From Patescibacteria group bacterium (GTDB lineage Bacteria > Patescibacteriota > Microgenomatia > UBA1400 > PJMF01): a stretch of 64,000 nucleotides of DNA. The DNA lies in contig JBGTEY010000007.1 in the NCBI GenBank assembly GCA_041747555.1, positions 11,426 to 75,425 on the forward strand, read 5' to 3'. The notes under the pieces were generated by a model. That model was given only the letters and a program-made list of their open reading frames with translations, was not told the DNA's origin and did not search any database. The translations under genes were made by a program, and so were the position numbers. Shown piece after piece: positions 59,818 through 64,000 of this stretch. Numbering within the stretch: position 1 is the first letter of the stretch; each line of letters starts with the position of its first letter.

Positions 59818-60162
59818 CTATCTGCGAATCACACCTCCTTTTGGTACCTTGTGTATGACCCAAGTACCAAATATGGTTGCAAGAGGTACGACCCCTGCTA
59901 TGCCACAAGAAAAAAGTCCCAGTCCAAGTAGTTGTAGCCCCATTATTAGTAGGTTGCTTGTACTGGCGGTCATCGCGGTCGTAGCGCTCAATCCCAGACC
60001 ATATGTCGCTGCGAAACCAGCAACGTACGATAGTATGAGAATAAACCACCACCTACCTCTTTTTTCTTTGGTAAAAATGGTGGCACAAACGAGCCACCAC
60101 ATCACCCCTGTCCAGAGCCCAAACCAATAAGGCCAGTTCTCTGGATTAAAAATTGATAGCAT
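59818..60162 (-). CDS. Small 3-TM membrane protein, 114 aa, in the WWF family shared with 60453..60725 and 62963..63235
   Basis: SD AAGGAGGT 7 nt upstream. MLSIFNPENWPYWFGLWTGVMWWLV ... RGRWWFILILSYVAG. Confidence 0.5.
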   Translation of the reverse strand: MLSIFNPENWPYWFGLWTGVMWWLVCATIFTKEKRGRWWFILILSYVAGFAATYGLGLSATTAMTASTSNLLIMGLQLLGLGLFSCGIAGVVPLATIFGTWVIHKVPKGGVIRR

Positions 60163-60420
60163 ATAGCTACCTCCTTCGAATAATCTCCTCCGAAGAGGGA
60201 AGCTCTACGCACCGTAATGCGCACAGCTCCCCTCTTCGAGAGATCGTTTGGAGGTCCAGAGGTGAAATGTTAAATAGCAGATAGATGATGCAAGCTCAAA
60301 CTCCACGACTTTTGACGCAAATGTCAGGATCGTTTTGTGCAAACTTCATCAGGATAATTATACAGGAAGTAGTATTAGAATGTACTATGGGATGTATTAA
60401 AAGTGTTTTTGAGCAAAAAA

Positions 60421-60464
60421 ATGGCCGCCCCCCTTGGGGAGCGGCCGTAGCTCTATTTTTTTTC
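60421..60464 (-). terminator. Bidirectional terminator, near-identical to the copy at 62926..62966
   Basis: AAAAAAATGGCCGCCCCCCttggGGAGCGGCCgtagctctaTTTTTTTT. Confidence 0.7.
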
Positions 60465-60725
60465 ACCTCTTCTCAGACTAAGAAACGCCACGCCAACAGA
60501 TATTACGATTGGCGTCAATTTTTGGACAATTTCCAGCCAGCCGCCGTCGGCGGCGGGTGAAACCTGTAAAATTGTGTTTTCAATGTTGATCATTGAAAAC
60601 CATAAAGATGTGGCAATTGCTACAAACCACCATTTAGAACTATTTTGTCGCAGGCCAATCTGTATGGTGATATAGACTAATGCCAGTGTACTAATTGCTG
60701 TCAAAAAATAAACTAAAAAAATCAT
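60453..60725 (-). CDS. Small 3-TM membrane protein, 90 aa, paralog of 62963..63235
   Basis: GGAGG then ATG at 60725. MIFLVYFLTAISTLALVY ... KWWFVAIATSLWF. The ORF-track N-extension to 60887 was rejected because it runs through the conserved leader. Confidence 0.5.
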   Translation of the reverse strand: MIFLVYFLTAISTLALVYITIQIGLRQNSSKWWFVAIATSLWFSMINIENTILQVSPAADGGWLEIVQKLTPIVISVGVAFLSLRRGEKK

Positions 60726-60990
60726 TTGTTTCCTCCATGAGAGTTTTATTCCCTTTCCTCGTGAAAGGGCCACCAAACACGATGATGCAGATACATCATG
60801 TGCAGCGTCCCTTTCTCGAGATGGAGGCGTGGTTTTATGAGCCTTAGTGAAAAGGTGTTTTAAAGAGCTAAATCGATAGATGCTCATTTATATGTAACAG
60901 TATCTGATGCGATTTCAGGCTGTTCCACACAAACTACATCAATTCTATTATGACATTAAACGGCCAAGTGTCAATACTATAGGACTATAA
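60726..60990 (-). repeat. Conserved promoter-plus-leader repeat, copy 1. It holds TTGACA-N16-CATAAT and a ~215-nt structured 5' UTR.
   Basis: About 85% identical to 63236..63492. Anti-SD CCUCCAU at plus 60821-60827 can pair with the SD region at 60732-60738. Alternative GAAAGGG/CCCUUUC pairings are possible. Confidence 0.55.
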
Positions 60991-61016
60991 GAGATATTTT
61001 GTGAAATGGCTCGATC

Positions 61017-62870
61017 TCAGGCCGCTACTGCCCCATACCCAATCGTCGACTCTAAACACCGCATCCAGTTGCAGTGCGGGTACGAAATTATTTTTTTATA
61101 AAATCCCCAATTTTCTGCAGCTTTAAAGAGTTTTGCGGTCTGCGAGTCATTTTCCAGCTCAAAACGGTGTACTCCAGAGGAAATCACTGCACTTGGTTCT
61201 TCAAGTAAGTGCATAAATAATTTAGCAAATGTCTTGAAATCATCAACGGGGTGCGAGCCCACAACAGGCACATACACCTCATTAAGAAACGTAAAGAAAC
61301 TATCTATTACCTGTTGTTCTGGAGCAAAGGTAAGCGTCGACTTATGGAGCGGCCGGTGACCCGTTAGCTCCCAGGCGGGGGAGGCTTCTCGCTTTGAAAG
61401 TCCAATAAATGATGCAAACGCGAGATGATTGGGGTTATTTTGATCAAATTGAGCTTGAGTGCGAGTCTCGATTGCTTCACGACCCAAATCATACACTGAT
61501 CGCGCATATATCATGCCTGTCCTTAACTGAAATTGCGTAGAAAACTCAAGTTGCGTCACGGTTGCTTCTGTTTTTCTGGTTATGTGGAGTAGTTCGTCGC
61601 CTTGTTCTTTAAATTTTTTTGCAGTTTGTAGGAGTGAGGCTGCTTGTTCGTCGCCATTTTTGGCCTTTTGATCAAGTAATTTTATAAATTTAGGATTACT
61701 GAATTGATCGAGCACAAAATGTTTGATGCCTTCTGGTGAATTGTATGTTTCTATTGTTTTTTGGAGCGCTAATTCTTCAATAAGTTCGCGCTTAGAACTG
61801 TATGAACTTGCGCCTTGTTGATAACTTATTTCTGTCACGTGTGACCAATATGCCGTTGTTCTTACAAACTGATATCCATCGACGCGTGTTTCTGAATCGG
61901 TCAGAAAATTCCTCAAGAATTCTGGATTTTGAAGGGAAGTAAGCAACGATTGATACTGTGTAGACTCGAGATCTTTTGCAATCTGCTCAGATTTAGCATT
62001 GAAGCGATAAAACTCGACTAAAAGATCAGGCATAGTGGTGAGAAATTCAGGAGCTTGCGCATGGATTTGCTTGAAGAGTGTACCCCAGCCTTGGGAGTTC
62101 ATATCTCTAAAATATGCAATAGCTTTTACAACTTCTATAAGTTCAATATCATGAATACCAATGGATTGGGGACCTTCGGCTCGGGGAAGGGAGTAATAAA
62201 CACCGTCTGAGATATGCCTGGTAGATGCCAGGAGTTCTGCAACTGCTTTTTCACCAATGAGAATTGTAGCCACACCCGTGCCAACTCGAGCAGTTTCTGC
62301 AACGACGTCAAGATTGTATGCCTTGATGGAGTTGGTATTTGCTCCGGAAATCTGGAATGCCATGAGGGCTGCTTCTGGTGGGATATCGGTCAGCGATGCA
62401 TATTGAAGAAAAAGTTCCATGAAAACCTGTAAATATTCTTGAAACTCTTGATCTTGCTCTGTTTGCGTTTCAGTTTGAGGGTAAAAATAGAGCGTAGCGA
62501 GGCGCGCAACTCTAGGGAGGAGGACAGCGATAGCTTTTTTTCTTTGTTCTGAAAGTGTTGTATTTTCTTCTAGTAGGCTAAGAAAATGGTGTTTCGCTTC
62601 TTCACTTATGATTTTAGATGGATCTAAGGGGGTGTATGAGTCTTTTTTAAGTCGTAAACGGCGTTCATTCATGGATTCGAGTACAGGGTCGATTTCAGCA
62701 TGATTAATCCCTAGCCGAGCGGTCGCGTAGGCAGCAGCACCTATTGCAGCGCGGCCAAACAGACCTCGTCTACTCACCTTAATTAGGTTGAGTGCGCGAC
62801 TAATGGGACCAAGTTGTTTATCTGGATGATCTGATGGTGGGGAGGAACTTGTTTCTACTGATGAATTCAT
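61017..62870 (-). CDS. Hypothetical 617-aa exported protein with a twin-arginine (Tat) signal
   Basis: VSRRGLFGRAAIGAAAYATARLG at aa 30-52. No other recognisable motifs. Confidence 0.5.
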   Translation of the reverse strand: MNSSVETSSSPPSDHPDKQLGPISRALNLIKVSRRGLFGRAAIGAAAYATARLGINHAEIDPVLESMNERRLRLKKDSYTPLDPSKIISEEAKHHFLSLLEENTTLSEQRKKAIAVLLPRVARLATLYFYPQTETQTEQDQEFQEYLQVFMELFLQYASLTDIPPEAALMAFQISGANTNSIKAYNLDVVAETARVGTGVATILIGEKAVAELLASTRHISDGVYYSLPRAEGPQSIGIHDIELIEVVKAIAYFRDMNSQGWGTLFKQIHAQAPEFLTTMPDLLVEFYRFNAKSEQIAKDLESTQYQSLLTSLQNPEFLRNFLTDSETRVDGYQFVRTTAYWSHVTEISYQQGASSYSSKRELIEELALQKTIETYNSPEGIKHFVLDQFSNPKFIKLLDQKAKNGDEQAASLLQTAKKFKEQGDELLHITRKTEATVTQLEFSTQFQLRTGMIYARSVYDLGREAIETRTQAQFDQNNPNHLAFASFIGLSKREASPAWELTGHRPLHKSTLTFAPEQQVIDSFFTFLNEVYVPVVGSHPVDDFKTFAKLFMHLLEEPSAVISSGVHRFELENDSQTAKLFKAAENWGFYKKIISYPHCNWMRCLESTIGYGAVAA

Positions 62871-62925
62871 TTAGCTAGTATGTCAGGGATTCAAGGAGAT
62901 GTAAATTATTGTGCGTTTTTGTCAA

Positions 62926-62966
62926 AAAAATGGCCGCCCCCCTTGGGGAGCGGCCTGTAGCTCTAT
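62926..62966 (-). terminator. Bidirectional terminator, copy of 60421..60464
   Basis: AAAAAAATGGCCGCCCCCCttggGGAGCGGCCtgtagctctaTTT. Confidence 0.7.
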
Positions 62967-63235
62967 TTATTATTACCTCCTATGAGTCCTAACAAGACTA
63001 TGAGTCCAGCCGCCGAAACAGGGGCCAAGACCATTACCAAATAAGCTTCCCAACCCTCGTTGGGAACTTGATTTGTTGTCAAAGCGACCCATTCTAGGGC
63101 CTCAACGGCAAGTAGATACAGTGCTACGGTGGTTGCCCACCATAGCAATCCGCCCGTTCGCGCAATCTTCCATGCGGAAAAATAGAGCCCTATAAGGGAG
63201 GTGACAGCTACAATGACCGAAAACATAAAAATCAT
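62963..63235 (-). CDS. Small 3-TM membrane protein, 90 aa, paralog of 60453..60725
   Basis: GGAGG then ATG at 63235. MIFMFSVIVAVTSLIGLY ... LLWWATTVALYLL. Same length as its paralog and the same Trp-Trp position. Confidence 0.5.
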   Translation of the reverse strand: MIFMFSVIVAVTSLIGLYFSAWKIARTGGLLWWATTVALYLLAVEALEWVALTTNQVPNEGWEAYLVMVLAPVSAAGLIVLLGLIGGNNK

Positions 63236-63492
63236 TTTTTTGCCTCCAAAGTGTATTCCTTTCTCAAGAAAGGGCCACTAAACACGAAAAAGAAGTACTC
63301 GTGCGCAGCGTCCCTTCCTCGAGATGGAGGCGTGGTTTTATGAGCCTTAGTGAGAAGGTGTTTTAAAGAGCAAATCGAAAGATGCATGTTAGTGTCTTAC
63401 AGTGTCTGATGCTATATCAGGCTGTCTAACACAAACTACATCTATTCTATTATGACATTAAACGGCCAAGTGTCAATACTATAAGGACTTAA
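63236..63492 (-). repeat. Conserved promoter-plus-leader repeat, copy 2
   Basis: TGTCAA at 63471-63476 and ATTATG at 63449-63454 on the plus strand. Anti-SD ATGGAGG at 63324-63330. Confidence 0.55.
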
Positions 63493-63542
63493 AATAGCGC
63501 AAGTAACATGTAAGCTACTTTCACATTGGTATCACACCAAAA

Positions 63543-63570
63543 ACCGCCCCCTAAGGAGCGGTTTGATTTG
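63543..63570 (-). terminator. Terminator downstream of 63612..63950
   Basis: AAAAACCGCCCCctaagGAGCGGTTTgatttg. Confidence 0.55.
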
Positions 63571-63611
63571 TAAATTTGGTACTCAAGCCGAAGGGCCAAG
63601 TAAAGTGAGGT

Positions 63612-63950
63612 TTAGCTCAATTTTCGTTTGATGACGAGTGCGCCAACGCCTGACAACATGCTTACAGCAGCGGTTGCAGTGGTTTGGGCATCGAGGGCTG
63701 TGTCAGCGGGAGTGTGTGTTTTCCCAAGGACTTGGCCTTCACGAAACTTAATTGATTGCTCTTGTTCACCGAATTGTTCTGCTTTGGCTTTACATTTTGA
63801 TGTTTGGCCATAAGCGCCAACTTCGCATTCAATCTCGATTTCTTGTTCGAGTGTTTGCTTTTGTGTGGCATCGGTTTCAGCTTGGGCCTGTGCAGGAGCA
63901 CTGACCATAAGTGCTGAAATGAGCAGAGCGGCAACGATAAGTTTGTTCAT
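63612..63950 (-). CDS. Small secreted protein, 112 aa. N-terminal signal peptide, a Cys pair, and a C-terminal hydrophobic segment plus KRK tail.
   Basis: AAGGAG upstream. MNKLIVAALLISALMVSAPAQAQA ... the C-terminal AAVSMLSGVGALVIKRKLS resembles the TM-plus-basic tail of cell-wall sorting signals, but no LPXTG is present. Confidence 0.5.
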   Translation of the reverse strand: MNKLIVAALLISALMVSAPAQAQAETDATQKQTLEQEIEIECEVGAYGQTSKCKAKAEQFGEQEQSIKFREGQVLGKTHTPADTALDAQTTATAAVSMLSGVGALVIKRKLS

Positions 63951-64000
63951 AGTGCTCCTTTTTTGTCTTACTACTTGACTACGCGGTTGATAATAAAAAT

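Noticed and set aside
59560-59931. 123-aa Arg-rich plus-strand ORF
   Set aside because: It lies antisense across the leader and promoter and the start of a minus-strand gene. It has extreme Arg/Trp composition and no RBS, so it is an artefact of the GC-rich structured region.

Overview
This window reads as a streamlined genome segment of the Patescibacteria/CPR type. It uses the standard genetic code, with TGA as a stop, and is about 43% GC. The reading rests on several signs: no rpmD (L30) between rpsE and rplO, a 620-aa AlaRS ending at the editing domain with no C-Ala domain, a short 185-aa adk, and long Lys/Ala- or Asp/Glu-rich tails on many ribosomal proteins and on RpoB.

The core, from 7.4 to 44.4 kb on the plus strand, is housekeeping. 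The order is alaS, a hypothetical 803-aa membrane protein plus sortase, ruvX, mltG, rpoB, rpoC, then the str operon (rpsL, rpsG, fusA, tuf). The S10/spc/alpha block follows: rpsJ, rplC, rplD, rplW, rplB, rpsS, rplV, rpsC, rplP, rpmC, rpsQ, rplN, rplX, rplE, rpsN, rpsH, rplF, rplR, rpsE, rplO, secY, adk and map. It ends with an inserted hypothetical gene, infA, rpmJ, rpsM, rpsK, rpsD, rpoA, rplQ, rplM and rpsI.

The left flank, 1 to 7.4 kb, holds cell-envelope genes. These are a partial Thr/Ser-rich surface protein, a LytR_C protein, a thioredoxin lipoprotein with CcdA, a HemK-type methyltransferase, YqeY and a RodZ-like protein.

The right flank, 44.4 to 64 kb and all on the minus strand, has three parts. 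The first is an ABC transporter operon with one ATPase between two duplicated permease pairs, followed by hup. The second is an operon of a small membrane protein, a GT2, a BNR protein, a GT-C-like giant membrane protein, a lamin-tail-domain protein and VanZ. The third is an island of monocistronic genes for small membrane proteins and secreted proteins. The secreted ones carry a collagen-like repeat, PKD domains or a Tat signal.

This island is the most unusual part of the window. Its genes share a promoter motif, CC(C/T)ATAGTATTGACA. They are followed by near-identical GC-rich bidirectional terminators. They also have long structured 5' leaders. For the paralogous small-membrane-protein genes, the roughly 250-nt leaders are about 85% identical while the proteins share only about 20-25% identity. 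No tRNA, rRNA, CRISPR array or transposase was recognised by eye.
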